Part shown: positions 50,729 to 64,000 of the stretch, one piece after another | Numbering within the stretch: the stretch's first letter is position 1 | Layout: each line of letters begins with the position of its first letter | NCBI GenBank assembly: GCA_051294375.1 | Contig: CM119268.1 | Coordinates: 15,687,103-15,751,102, forward strand | Source of the DNA: Paraspadella gotoi | Taxonomy: Eukaryota; Animalia; Chaetognatha | Direction: 5' to 3' | DNA: 64,000 nucleotides | Notes under the pieces: model-generated | Seen by the model: the letters and a program-made list of their open reading frames with translations, nothing else | Database searches by the model: none | Told to the model about the DNA's origin: nothing | Program-made: the position numbers and the translations under genes

Positions 50729-53700
50729 ATGTTATCTCACGCATGTCATTTGTCCCTGACAACGTCAGAAACTACGGAATTCTCTCTCTCGGGATGTCGC
50801 GACTCGGCCGTAGAGGTCAGTTTGGTTGTCGACTGCGACCAACTCGATGACAAAAGCGATTTTCTCATCATCATGGAGGATGAGAGCGGCCGTTACCTGG
50901 GCAGATTCTGGAACGTCTGCCCCAAACCGGAAAAGCGATCGAGAAAACGCAACGGTCACCTGGGCCCGAAATTGTCGGCCGCCGCTGACGACGTGCGCGG
51001 CGTCGGTCGAGAACGCATGGTGCTCTGCGTCGGCGACAGCAAGAAAATTGTTTTCACCGCGAGCCCGAAAATATTGAATCTCAGTCAAATCACGTTCGCC
51101 AACGTGCCCCCTTTGAGGCCGACGAGAAATGGCGGTATCGAGAGCGCTCTGGAGTTTGAGCTCGAACCAAATTACACGACCTTGCACGGCGACTGGGCGA
51201 TGGCCAAGTTCCTCACTTTTCGCGTGGGCAAAGACGGAAAAGAAGAAACCAACGAGACATTTCTTTACGCTGACGACGAATTCTTCTCCGTTTCCGTGGC
51301 GACCTCGGGAGCAGAAGATTCAACCTTACCCAAGGGCATCTTCGCCGTTTCAGGATTTTGCGACAACTTGAAGCAATTTAAGATGTTCGGGGGTGTCGCA
51401 CTGAAAGGAGAGAACGGGAAAATAACGCCACATCTGTCTTTTCAAAATAGCGGCGCTCACTTTTTGTCGAGGGTTTCACAGGGTATGCGAAAATCTATAG
51501 ATTCCTAAGGGGGGGGGGTAAAAAAAATATCACCAGGTAAACTCAGCTTCTCGGGATGACATTATTTTAATTTTGTCTTGATTAAAGTTCACAACATGTA
51601 TCAGTATTCGTTCGCAGCCATCGCACGACGATTCTTTTCAGTCTTATTTTTTCCACCAGCACGTCTACGACCCGGGCAATACTTTGCTTCTATTTATGTA
51701 AACAAAACGGAATCGCCGCTTTACCACAACGAAACTGTTATGTCGAATCTCTCCTCTATTGTGATAACTGTCTCCGTTGCCAAAAAGAAATACGACGCCT
51801 CCAAGTCCTGGTTTGTCGTTGGCGTATCTTTCGTCGTCGGAGTAATCCTGTCGTTGCTCTACAGGTTTTGATGACATACGTGAGAAAAACAATCGTTGTA
51901 ACAGATTCAACAAAAATCGAATTTTTCCTCCCAGAGTATTCTTCGTGAAGACTCGCGAATTTGCTTCGCCCGATGGAATTCCAACTCGAGCGCCGTCCAC
52001 GAACAGCTTCAAAGCGCTTTGGCTGTGGATGGGATTGGGCGGGAAGTCCTTTTCCACAATGACAGTCATTCTTTGCTCCGCTTTCTTCGTTCCCGGTTCG
52101 AACAATACCCATTCATCTTAATTTTTGTAATATAATATAGACATTAGACAATAGAAATACTATAAACGATAAAATCATTCTTTTCTCGGTAGGAAGTCAA
52201 TTCGTATTGTGGAATGTTCGGTCTCAATATCGAGAGGGAACAAATGATCTTTGCTATTACAACGAAAAGTGTTTCTCTCCAGCACCTCAAGTCATCCCCA
52301 TCAACATTCCCTTTAATAACATCGTTTCTAACGTTCCATACGTCGTCTTGGGTTTCGTATTTCTCGTTTACGTCTTTTCTTTGCAGGTAAATTGATGATA
52401 AATACAAAGATAACCTTAAGTCTTAACACACCCCCCTTTTCAGCATCGATGCTCCATGGCGGGACACCTCCGCTATTTCGATTACAGCCTCGGTTACGCT
52501 CTGGGGCTTGCCATGTTTATGGAAGGGCTGTTTTCAGCCTCGTATCACGTTTGCCCGACACGCCTCGTGTTCCAATTCGATTCTCTTTGCATGTTTCTCA
52601 TTGCCGCACTCGTGGTCGTCGCTGTCTTCAACGGTTGGTGTCTTACTGATGCGGATCTGGCGATCGACGAACTCATCAGAGACAGAAAAAAATTTTTTGA
52701 CGTGACCGCAGAAGACGACGTGTTCAGAGCTTTAAAGGTAGATTCAGATTGAATTGGCAGAGATTTATCATTTTCATCATTAAGACATTATCAACTATAT
52801 ATCTAATATATATATAAATTAAATAATGTAACCGAAGTAGGCTTGGGTTTAATAGTAAAAAAATTCAAATCAAGTGGTTTATTTTTTCACAGGCAAAGTC
52901 ATGCCAAGTCAAATTTGTACTTACATATGTATAAGGAATAAACATACTAAATAACAGACTAAGACGCGAGTAATTGAATTTAATTGATTGATTGATTGAT
53001 TAAACCCTTGATTTGCAAAAGCTTAAAGAAATATCTGTAATGCTAGTTCGATCTCATTCCCAATCATAAGCGATACGAATGCGGTCGTCACAACCCTTCC
53101 ATTCGGCGCTCGATTCGCGCGGGCAAGCTCTTCCTTGTCTTCATAGTTCCTATTGTCGTCTTTAACTTTCTTGGGTCCCTGATCGACGTCTTTTTGAGCG
53201 AAAAGCAGGAAGCCGATTGGCTCAGGATAGACTACACGGAAGAGAGGCCGAGAGACGTTAGTAGTATTTAATTTTATCACAATATTTTGACTTTAAACAA
53301 GAAAATTAACAGTTAATCACACCGTTCGGAGCCAGGAGCTGATTTTCGGAGTCTTGGTGATAATCTGGTATTTCTTACTGTGTTTTTGGGGCTTTTGGAA
53401 AGGCGGCTTTAGAAACGCTTGCGCCAAGGAATGCTGGAGTAAAAAGGTAACTTACATCATTTATTCGTTAGATGTAGTGCACTTATCCTTTTCCCATTTT
53501 CAAAGCCGACAGAATCAGCACGAGGCTCGGATAGTTATCGCCAAAGTGAGTTATCGGATCCGGAGTCAACAACCATTGGCCAACCATCAGAACATGAACG
53601 ATATCTTCCAAAGATTAGCGTGGTCCTAGTATTCGGAGTCTTCGCCATCTTAATTTTGGTCTTCATCGTATTCACGATCACCAACAACCGAGACTTCTCT

Positions 53701-54451
53701 CAAACTCTGCTAGTTGGAAGCATTGGTGAGGAAAGATTGTTTTTAAAATCCTTTTTCACAAATATTTATGAATACTTCTTTCCGCAGGACTTTGTATGAC
53801 CGCCCTTGTAGTCGGCGAAATGAAGCTGTACAAGTTTCTGATGAACAAAAAAATAAAGAGCAGCAATATCGATTCTTTCCCTTCTGCGGTCGGTCGAGCC
53901 CGTACGGTCCTCCTCGAGACGAGACCCTGGTTTATCTTTTTACTTTTGTGCTACTATGTTATTTGCTTCATCGTTTGGAGCGCTGCGATGTATTACTTTG
54001 CGGGAATTGGTACCTCTAACAAGAGCATACAACCACAAAAATCGAGGTAAGGGTTGTAGTGAAGGGAAGGAAAATCTATCGCAGATTCGCGTGATCATGT
54101 GCGTACGATTTCTACTTATTTTTAGTATTTCGCTTTTCTAACTTTGTCCTGCCAGAAACCGCAACAAAGACTGCATTGTCCTCGATTATTACGATCCACA
54201 CGATTTCTGGCATTTTTTGTCCGCAATTGGTCTCATGTTTGTTCTTCATCGCGCTCTGACAATCAGTAAGGTTAATTACGTAAGTAAGCGATAAATCGTA
54301 TATTTTACTTCCGACTTATATCCTTACAGGTTTTCCTTGTAGACTCTGTCGCTTGCTCTATTTTCATCCTAACGTGCAAGACATCTTCATTGAAAACGAG
54401 CCCATGAAAAAAATAATACAAAGAAATTATAAAATTGTGGAGAGTATATAA
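50729..54451 (+). CDS. SID-1 transmembrane family protein (SIDT/CHUP-1-like); 5' end uncertain
   Basis: [80 protein letters not shown]; multi-exon, stop TAA 54449-54451. Confidence 0.9.
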
Positions 54452-54820
54452 CTTCGTATAATTTCAATATGTATATTTTTTTGGCTCCTTGGGAGACTAG
54501 TAAGATAACTAAAACTATAATTGTATGTGACAACGGCCTTTCACCGTCAATGATACTCGACTGACTGAGCTGCTCATTATTATAACGGAGAAAGAGTTTT
54601 TGGAAATGTAATATTTTTTTAATGTTAAATAAAAGCCCCCAAAACCAAAAACGTATGACGAGTTAATACTACGAAACTTCAAACCCAGGTAAAAATAATA
54701 GGATTTCTAGAAGGCGACGTACGGCAACCGAAAATGTCAAGTGGACGTGAGCGTCCGATTAATTTTCGTCGATCCCCACGACTAGACGAAGGCGAGTGGT
54801 GTCTTTCCTTTCCGGGATCT

Positions 54821-57800
54821 TCACGGAGTGAGTCTCTTTGGATCACGGGGAAACATAGAAGTGAACCGGATATTGTCGAGGCCCAAGAAAAGCATGGTGA
54901 CTCTTTCCAAGCCGATGCCGCCGCCCGCGTGGGGTGGACATCCGAACTTGAATGAGTCGATGTAGGACTGAATGGTTTCTAAGTCGATGCCATGGTGAAG
55001 AGCTCTGCGGAGAAAATAAGAACATGTATTGAATCGAACTTCACTTGCAGAAACATTTATCAATTCCCACCTTTCGGACAAAAGTTGTGGATCGTGTATC
55101 CTTTGCGCTCCGCTGAGGATTTCCTCCCCCCTCATAAACATATCGTACGAGTTTGAGTATTTGGTGCTGTTAGGATCCGGCATGGTGTAAAACGGACGAA
55201 CGGCTAACGGGTACTTGTCCAGCATGTAGAAGTCGGTGTCGTATTTGGCCTTGACCAAACGACCCAACAGCTTTTCGTTTGGAGTGCTAAGATCTTCTTC
55301 GTCGCCCATTTCGACTCCGACCTAGATTTATAATGTAATCATAAAATAATTATTTTACTGTAGAAACTACTTTTGTTTTACATTTGCTTGTCAATGCCCT
55401 CACTTGTCGAAGCATTTCAACTCCTTCGGAATATTCCAGTCTCAAAGGAGGGTCGAGCCATTTAAAAGGCTCCACTGGGTATTGCTTGCCGATTGTCTCT
55501 ATCTCGTTCTTAAAATTTTCGGAGAGACCTTGATTGATAAACAGTAGCTTTAAAACTTTTCTCATAACATTCTGAAGGAAAGCAGCGATAAGCGTCATCT
55601 GTACCTTTAAAGATGGAGATGAAAATTTGTCCAATAGTGTCCATTACCTATGAAAAAGATAAGAAGCAAAACTATAAAGAAGGCGGATGGTAAGGAGACG
55701 ATCTTAGGCAATAAGAAATAAAAGCACGTACTTCATGATAGTGATACTTGAACGCCATTTCCACGTCCAATCCGACAAATTCGCAAAGATGTCGATGCGT
55801 GTTGGAATCCTCCGCGCGGAAGACTGAACCAACAGTGAACACCTTAAATTCAAAGACGGTTATGCATGTAATTACAAAGTAAAACTAAAACTACCTTTTA
55901 TACACTACCAATATATGTAATTCATTAATACTTTCAAATAACCTTCTCGAAATCAGATGCGATGGCCATTTGCTTGTACAACTGCGGCGACTGAGCCAGA
56001 TAAGCTTTCCTCTTGAAGTAAGTAACCTCGAAGACATTGGCACCGCCCTCCGAGGCCGCGCTAATTATCTTCGGTGTATGAATCTCCACGAAGCCAGTCT
56101 CGTAGAGGATCTTGCGGAAATAGTGGCAGACGCCCGCCTCAACGCGGAAGATTGCCTAAGAATGATGGCATGGAGATTGGAGAGATTAAGTCAGAAGAGA
56201 AGATGAGAAAAAACCGATAATGAACAAAACCAGACCTGTTTCGTTGCGGTTCTCAAGTCGAGGATACGATTGTCCAATCGAGTGTCACGGTTCACGGTGC
56301 TCAGAGTATCATCGTTTTCAGATCTTTCCAAATCGTCAATTTGAACCTTTTAATCGACAACAAAAAATGTCATTTTGGGTCGTAGAAAAAATAAAAACCG
56401 ATGGATTGCTAAATGCGGTCACCGGTAATTTTGGCTCAGATTCGCTGACTGTCCAAAACTGGGTCACGTGAAGCTCGACTTCTTGCTGGGTGCAACCGGT
56501 GATCGGTTCATCAACGGATCGTACATGACCCTGAACGTCGACAATCGACTCGGGGGTGACTTTCGAGATGAACTTGATCATTTGCCTTGTTAAAACAAAG
56601 TCAAAAAAAAATTTTGTTCTCAACAAATCCAAACTAAGATCACATTTACCTGGAAGTTGTGGGGCCGACTGAAAGAATAGCCTGCACCTTGTACTGTTGA
56701 TGTCTGAGCACGAAGAAGCACTGCTTTCCCTTCGCACGTACCGCGTGCAAACGGCCACGCACCCAAAGACATTGATCCTTGACTTTTCGAGTAAGAGACC
56801 CAATGGATGTAAGGCTTCGGTCCTTCTTCTCTTGGCTCTGGTTTAGTGGGTACTTTCCGTAAAGTCCCTCTGATACGTCAACGCCACTGTCGGTTTCTGT
56901 TCATAATCAGTAAATGCTTGAATGAAGCATTTCGAAAATTAGTCGAGCTTGAAATAAAAAGGGCATCTGCTCAACTTCATTTGAATTACAGCAATATTAT
57001 CAATGTACACGGATTTCAAATGGGAGTGAAATGAAAAGAATTATCATAACTCTTAACTGACTGAATGTGATTAATATTTGTTCATTTCATTACTTAGAAA
57101 ATTCTCTGATTTTATGTTCCTATAAAGCAAATTGATAATACCTCACATCATAGCAGCTGGAGTGCTTGCCTTTTTTTGCAACATTTTTCCCCTTTTACTT
57201 TATAATTCAATTTTAAACTCATTGTAAAAAAAAATTGAGACGAAAAAGGTAATATCTTTAAAATTTATTAGTACAATGTCTCAGGAGCATTCAAAAATTT
57301 TTTTATTAATATATTTCAAGGTTTAGTTAGGCAACAGGCTCTTGTCTGTTCATTGTTCTTTTTCAATTATTTGAAATTATACAAAAGCTAAAATTTGTAT
57401 TTTTTATAAGTTTTAACTAATAAACCTATAAAATAAAAATGGCTCTCATTGTAGTTGTAAAAACGTTTTTAACATTCTGATTGCTCAGACACATTTTCCA
57501 ATGTCTATATTTTTAAGATGAACCAAAATTTTCAAACATTTCTCTTTTTTCATAAAAATATATCTTATTCAGGTCCTATTCAAATGCAAAAAAAATTACT
57601 TTTTTGAAATTCGACCATGCCATTGATGAGCCCATAACTAAGAAAGTAAGCAAGCTGGCCTAATGGGAGTTAAAATAAAAAACGTCAGCGATTTTTCTAT
57701 TAGAGTGCAAAATCTGAAGTTGCTATAACAGATCATTTATTTGATCCTTTCATTTCACTCCCATTTGAAATGCGTGTAAAACATGAAGGTTTTAAAGATC

Positions 57801-58190
57801 TCACATGTACTGTGTGATTGCATTGGTGTTAAGGACTAAGTCGAGGGAGCGAGTTTTAGAGGGTTTTAAATAATGTTTTTGAATACGGCAAACTGGTCGA
57901 AAAACTTACTCTCTACAGTCGATTATGCCAAATGAAAATAAATTAGATTAAACATTTTTTATAAGCAACTTTTATTACTGTACTATTTTACAAAACCAAT
58001 GAGTTTAGTTTAATCACTCACCTTCTGTATCTTCTCCCTGCTTAGTTTCTTCCTTCTTGTATTCCGCTTTCTTTTTCGCTTTTTCTTCCTTAGCCTTGAG
58101 TTTCTTAAGAGCGCTTTTGCTCAGAGGTTGACCGTCGGCATCTAACCCGTTTTCCAGGGTAGGTGCCGGCGGTGTGGATGTTGTGGACAT
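54821..58190 (-). CDS. DARS1: Cytosolic aspartyl-tRNA synthetase (10 exons)
   Basis: [107 protein letters not shown]. Confidence 0.97.
57008..57776. mobile_element. Tc1/mariner-type MITE in DARS1 intron 1
   Basis: TA|CACGGATTTCAAATGGGAGTGAAATGAAA ... TTTCATTTCACTCCCATTTGAAATGCGTG|TA. Confidence 0.85.
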
Positions 58191-58588
58191 TGTAACAGGT
58201 GTTTCTATTGTCTTTTTTAATAAAAAAACGCAGAAACCATTAGTTTCCCTTTAAAAGAAAAATATTTATATAAATTAACAGAGAATACATAAAGAGCAAA
58301 CGATTTTTTTAAAAGTTTTATATTTAAACTAAACGCATTCGCATAGATTGGTAATTAAAATGAAATTAGAAAAGCTGTCAATGTTTTTGGCGAAATATCA
58401 ACGCTAACAAGGGTCATGATTAAGGGGTACTTTTTAGAAGATAAAAAGCGTGAAATAAAGCCTCTCCAAACAAACGTAATGCTAAATACAATAACGGTCC
58501 AACTAGACAGTATGTTTAAATTACACTACGGCTGCAGAGCTTGTCACCTATTCGAGGAAAACATTAGCTTAATAGAAGAAAAGGCGCC

Positions 58589-61171
58589 TTAATGTCCGTT
58601 AGCCATCGAAGGAACCGCATCCTCCTCATCCTCGTCCAAATCTGGCATCGGAAAACGCAACGTTGCTGCCACGCCCGTCAACTGGCCAAGCTATGACAAA
58701 TCAAATTGCATATTTTACATATTTATTCAAATTCTTCGGCGTTTGCTATGAAGAAAAAAGAAAACTTCAAAAACTAAGAATAAATCTTTCTCATAGTGTA
58801 CCTGCTCTCCGCTGACGTGAAGAGAAGAAAATATTTTGACGTCACCACCGTTTTCGCGAACAGTTTCCACTAGATCCACAAACTTTCTCCGTTCTCTAAC
58901 GTTGCGAGATCTGTTAATTTAGTATAGGGAGAAAATAAAAACTAGAGAAAGAAATCGAGTCAAACACCTACGTCGAAGCAAAAACTGGATGATGCAATAA
59001 TGCAATGCCGTTAAATATAATTAAGTGAGTCACTGTTCTACCTCAACAGACACAAAGAAGTCTAATAAACAAAAAAAATACTATAAGTTAAACGAGAACA
59101 AGAAAATTTAAAAGAAAATTATTTGGCTAAAAAATGTCTAAAAAACTATACGATATACATAATTTAAGTTGAGTTTTTATCTAATAAAACAATTTTTTCC
59201 GAAAGGTTGCGCATAAGGCCTTAAAAATGAAAATTAAACAAAAGACCTTGTATTCTCTTTTAATCTTTGTTATTGTTTAGGTTAAGATTTTGTTAACAAT
59301 TTGAAATCATGAGAATGTCTGTAACACAGTGAGGGAGAAAGAGAGAAAGATAAATATTTGAAAGCTTACATTTTAAGCATTTTAAAACACAACAAGAATA
59401 AAAAATAAACTCGCCTGAATAGCTCGTCAGTGATGAGTAAGGTTTCGACGGCCTGCTCCGCGTTGGCCTGAATGACTTGCTTGGGTCCGTACACGGCGCG
59501 GTCGGGATCCATCTGCAGCACCGAGTAGAACTGCTCCAGCGCCTTTACCTCTGACGAAAACTTGGTTTCCTGCAACCTGGCGGAGACTCCAGGGTCTTGG
59601 AGCACCTCCTTCAGGGAATGCTTGAAACCCGAGGAAGAGTGGACGACTATGAACTTGGCCCGGTTTTCTAGGAGCACCTTGTACTCGGACTTGATCGCTT
59701 CCGCCCAGAGATACTCCATGAACTGATCCTTGACAAAGCCGGGAGACGCCACAACGAGACACTTGACGATGTCAAAGTTGACGTGACGCAGCACGGCCTG
59801 AAGAATTGACTCGTAGAATTTGGCCAGGCCTTTGTCGTGCTGAGCACAGTTGCCTTTCCGTTTTCGCGGGATAGACACGTCGATCTTGGCGCGGAGTAAG
59901 GTCATATTTGTGGTGACTAGACAAACGTGCGCCAGACCCTCCTAATGCAGAAAAAAATTGCAACATATGATCAAACAGTACCAGGAGAGCGACCGAAAAT
60001 AACCACCCCAAAAAATTTTATAGCTCTAACAACTTCGAATAAAAAATTTATTGATAGCGCAATACAATCACAAATCGTGTTAGGTTTCATAGGTAGCACA
60101 TGTTATGGCGTGCGTCTACCCAAAGCAGCAAGCTGAAGTTTAAGTTGCCTTTTCAAGAAGGGGAATTTTTTTTAGATCAACTGTTTTTTACTTTTGTTCT
60201 TCTGAATTTTGACTGACTTTGATTTGCACTTTGCTACACCTTGAACTACTATTTTGTTGAACCCAGTGGGTCAGGAACAACGGCGCAACATTAATGGCAT
60301 TTTGTTCGCAATAGTTTTTATCATCCAGATTTCGTCTTTAAGAGAAACTGGCAGGTTGCTGCTACGTGTTTTTTGGGATGCGGAATTAATGAAAAGCTAA
60401 AAAAAAGTAAGTGTTAATAAAACTAACAGGTTTTTTCTATCATTTAAGAGCTTGTTCATAAAAATCGGACAAGGAGTTGAGATGCTTCTACTTTTTCTTT
60501 GGGGTCAGTTTCCGTGGCTCTCCCGGTAAGTTGTGCTTTTTAAAATTCAAAGAGTACGGACAACAGGGATTTCTCAGAAACAAATCCAAAGCACCTGCAT
60601 AACAACAGCGGCGACGTCGGCGCTTTGTGTGGGATCGCAAGCCATGTCTATCCTCTCCAAAACAATAGCGTCCCAACATTGTTTGGCCAACGTGAATTTT
60701 CGGTTCAGCTCCAAATCCACTGTATGGTAAGCGCCCATCTTCACATATTGATTTTCCTTTAAGGTATTATCCATATTTACATTTCGAATTATACGTATGA
60801 AGAACAATATTAAACAACTGAATTACTGTATTAAATACCTGAATGTTTCGGCCTTTAACCCTAAGCATACAGGCTGCCGTATCGAAGTCTACCTCTTCAA
60901 CCGAGATCGTTAACGTGGTTCGGACTCGAGAACTACTAGTGCTGCCTGCGTTTAAATTCACATAAAATAAATGACTTGAAACAAGCCAGAATTGTTGAGA
61001 ATTCCTACCTGTAGCTGATTCCGTTTGAACTTTTCTGATGGTCGTTGCTCTCAGGCTGTCGCCGGGGGCGATCAGGTTGTAGGCGTGCCACATGTCCTCC
61101 TCTTCTTCGGCTACCAGCGTCATTTGCCCACTTCCATCTTTCGCACTCACGTCACGACTAACCAGCTTCAT
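58589..61171 (-). CDS. PELO: Pelota/Dom34 ribosome-rescue factor (6 exons, one GC-AG intron)
   Basis: [106 protein letters not shown]. Confidence 0.97.
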
Positions 61172-61784
61172 TTTTAAATAATATTAGCAATAACTTTGTA
61201 TTATTAGATCGACTAGAGTACTCTTCTGCGTTATTTCTTCCGACAAGTACGTTTAGTTCTTAGAAAATGTTTCGATAACATCGTAGTAAACTCACAACAC
61301 ATCTTCTGCGGAAAAAGCGAAAAAAGAACCATTTATAGTTTACAATATTAAAAAGCGCATAAAGTTGATACATGGCTTGTACTAGTGCATCTTTTTAAAA
61401 ATCGTACAGGAGTATTAACATGGCAAAAAACTGAGAATTGCTAAAACATTAAAACATTTTAATAACGTTTTTCGTTTGAAATATAAGTCACTGATAATTT
61501 TTATCGAAATTAACATTGTAATTTGCGCGTTTACGGTTTATGTAAAACGTTTCAAACATGTAAACCACAAGTAAATACCCTTGCACGAATTTTGCCTATT
61601 GAAAATGAAAAAAATTAGGACTATGAATAATAAAATAAAAGGGCTCAATATTCTGTCAATTCTTTCCAATCACGCGGGGGTGTTTATGTGTGTAGGAGAG
61701 AGAGAGAGACTGAAGTTAAAACCTGATCAAGATCAGAAATGAATGGCAACAGGATATAGAATTGGATATAGGGTATAAATGTGT

Positions 61785-63889
61785 TTAGAAGTCATCGTCT
61801 TCCTGGTCGGCCATTTCTTTTGCATATTCCAGGTCTTGAACTTCTCGCTCTCGTCGCTCTTCCGCGGATTCGAGGTCGGTGTGGTACGATTTCGGTGGAA
61901 AACGCATCGCCTGCAAGCAAGAAAAGTTAGGATCAGACTGAACAAAAGCACTTAGTAGCTTTCAGTTACCTTCACGGACTGATCGTGAATGTCCATGCAG
62001 AAGCTTATTCGCTGATGATAGGCTGACATAGGTTCACGCGTACTGAAAGTCAACAAGCGAAAAGTGAACCATTCTCCTCCTGAAAAGAATCCAATTCTGA
62101 TAAACATTTTCAAACCTGTAGAGATCGTCAGTCTCTTTAGACTGGACAAATCCGCGTTCGTGATCGATGGTGGCTTCAATGACGCCATCTCGAATCGCTT
62201 TGGCGACGATGAACTCGGCGTCTTCAGCGGAATCCAGGGACAACTTTTGGGCCACGTCCGCCAAGGAAATTCGTGAGTACGAAAAGTTAATCTTACGAAC
62301 CCCTGGGTAAAAAAATGGAGTGCTGTGTCATAGAAGTTATAGAAGAGAAATTTATAAATTTTTTTTACCAGTCTTAATGACGTTGTGCCTGAGCCGGGTG
62401 ATTAGAAGATAGTTGCCCTCTTTCTGAAAACGCGCCGAGTATTTGTCAAGGACTTCATTGAACTGTTTAAGACTACCCGCGCGAACAGCCTGTAAATAGG
62501 GTTGTTTTTTTATTTCAATGAATGAAAAATTTATCTATTGTCTAATGATTTTCATTCAAAGAAGATATGAAAATCTTGCAATCATAAATTACCTGCGTTA
62601 GTTGAAAGTAGGGTTCCAGAGATTTCCGCAATTGCGCCTGACGAAAAGTACTTCTGTCAGGAATGTCGCCTAGCAAAAGCTCCACAACAATAGCCAGCTT
62701 TTGAACGCACTGACGGAAACCGAGCGCGGACACCTTCATTTATATATAAAATTTTAACGAAAAATTATGTTAAGTAAAGGAATTCTGAAGAAAGTTTCCT
62801 AAACAAAATTTTTCAGTTAAACGTTTCACCTGTGGAGCCTTCCGAAGGGATTGGACCAACGATTTGTACGATTCCGAATATTCTAACTGAAGCGCCTTTA
62901 TTCTACCAGTATAATAAAGGAATCTCGCCATTTCGTTATTATTAGCAGTTGTAGGGAATGTTGATTTTTTAACCAGCTTGTCGGCCTGCAATCATGTTTA
63001 ATAAAATTATTGGCATTCCTGGAGATCAATACGCTCTGGAGGCCTATGGGAAAACGAAAACTTTGAGCAGCAGTGTAGATATCTTGATACTTACTTGGTC
63101 GAACAAAGAATAGTGGGTGTAATTTCTCAGCAAAAGATTAGTCAGACACGCAGTTCCTTCGTCATCATGTCGAAGCGTTGATGTGCGAAGTCGAGCGTGC
63201 AAAAACCCACGAATCTGCTCCAAATTGTGGGTCACTTCGTACGCTCTGTTTAAAAAATATAATTGTTTAAGACAGAACACTCCAAACAAAAATGACGCGC
63301 CCCGAGGCAAGGAAGATTGTTTTTTCAGACAAAACTAATTCAATTTTTAATATTCCATCTGATGCTCATTCAATATACCTAAGTATTTGCACGTTTAAAC
63401 CTTTCACAAAATAAAATTAGACTACTGGTTAAGAACCTCGAATAGTAGAAATAGCACTTCGCGGCCAAAATGTCCAGCGTCCTTCGATTCAAATCGAGAA
63501 TCTTTTGCATAAGGCGCTCAGCGCACTTGACAGCCTCGTCGTTACGTTTGTTGTCCAAAAGATAAATGAGAACAAGAAGCTGAATGTAAACCTCTATCTC
63601 CGGGATAGCCACAGACTTTTTGGCTGAAAAATAAATAGTTATATTATTTATATTAATAAATGGCTCGCGCATACTAATTAATACCAAGTAGAAAATCAGA
63701 TGCTCACCACTTTTTTTGACAATGGCCTCTTCATTTTCGATTTCAGGAGTGCCAAGATAAGCAAGGTACTCTTCCTTTTCCGGATTAGATGGTTGTGACG
63801 AGTAAATGCTCATCAGCAGCTTACGCAAAATTTTAGCGCTAATATTTTTACGTATCTGAGCTAACGCACGGACGGCCCGGACCATAAAT
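61785..63889 (-). CDS. PSMD3: 26S proteasome regulatory subunit 3 (Rpn3); 5' exons lie beyond the window
   Basis: [95 protein letters not shown]. Confidence 0.96.
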
Positions 63890-64000
63890 CTGAAGGGGAA
63901 AAAGTTGTATTAACCCAATTAATATGTGCTTTTACCAATTTTTCATACAAAATTTAAATCTAAATTTTCGGATATCTTTCAATAAGAGATTTCAAAAAAA

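Overview
AT-rich, intron-rich animal (invertebrate-like) genomic DNA with GC-rich exons, abundant (AG/CT)n microsatellites and two 10-N scaffold gaps; the species cannot be identified from the sequence. I spliced the genes by hand, so exon boundaries are approximate unless stated. Recognisable genes: PACRG, two tandem SLC22-type transporters, a dynein light chain LC8-family gene with a Pro/Ala/Glu extension, a single-module paladin-like phosphatase, a patatin phospholipase-TPR fusion, a SID-1 family membrane protein, cytosolic aspartyl-tRNA synthetase, pelota and the 3' part of PSMD3/Rpn3. Mostly invisible in the ORF track is a tandem pair of unrecognised type II membrane proteins with two divergent sushi/CCP-like modules (1-9663). 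Mobile DNA includes a 3.9-kb hAT-type foldback element with nested palindromes, TA-flanked MITEs, tRNA-derived SINEs, Helentron/HINE-like pieces and two Penelope-type hammerhead remnants inside inverted repeats. Most notable: the patatin-TPR fusion lacking an NTPase domain, the CCP-like receptor pair, a high share of AAG|G 3' splice sites, and the hammerhead/foldback structure.
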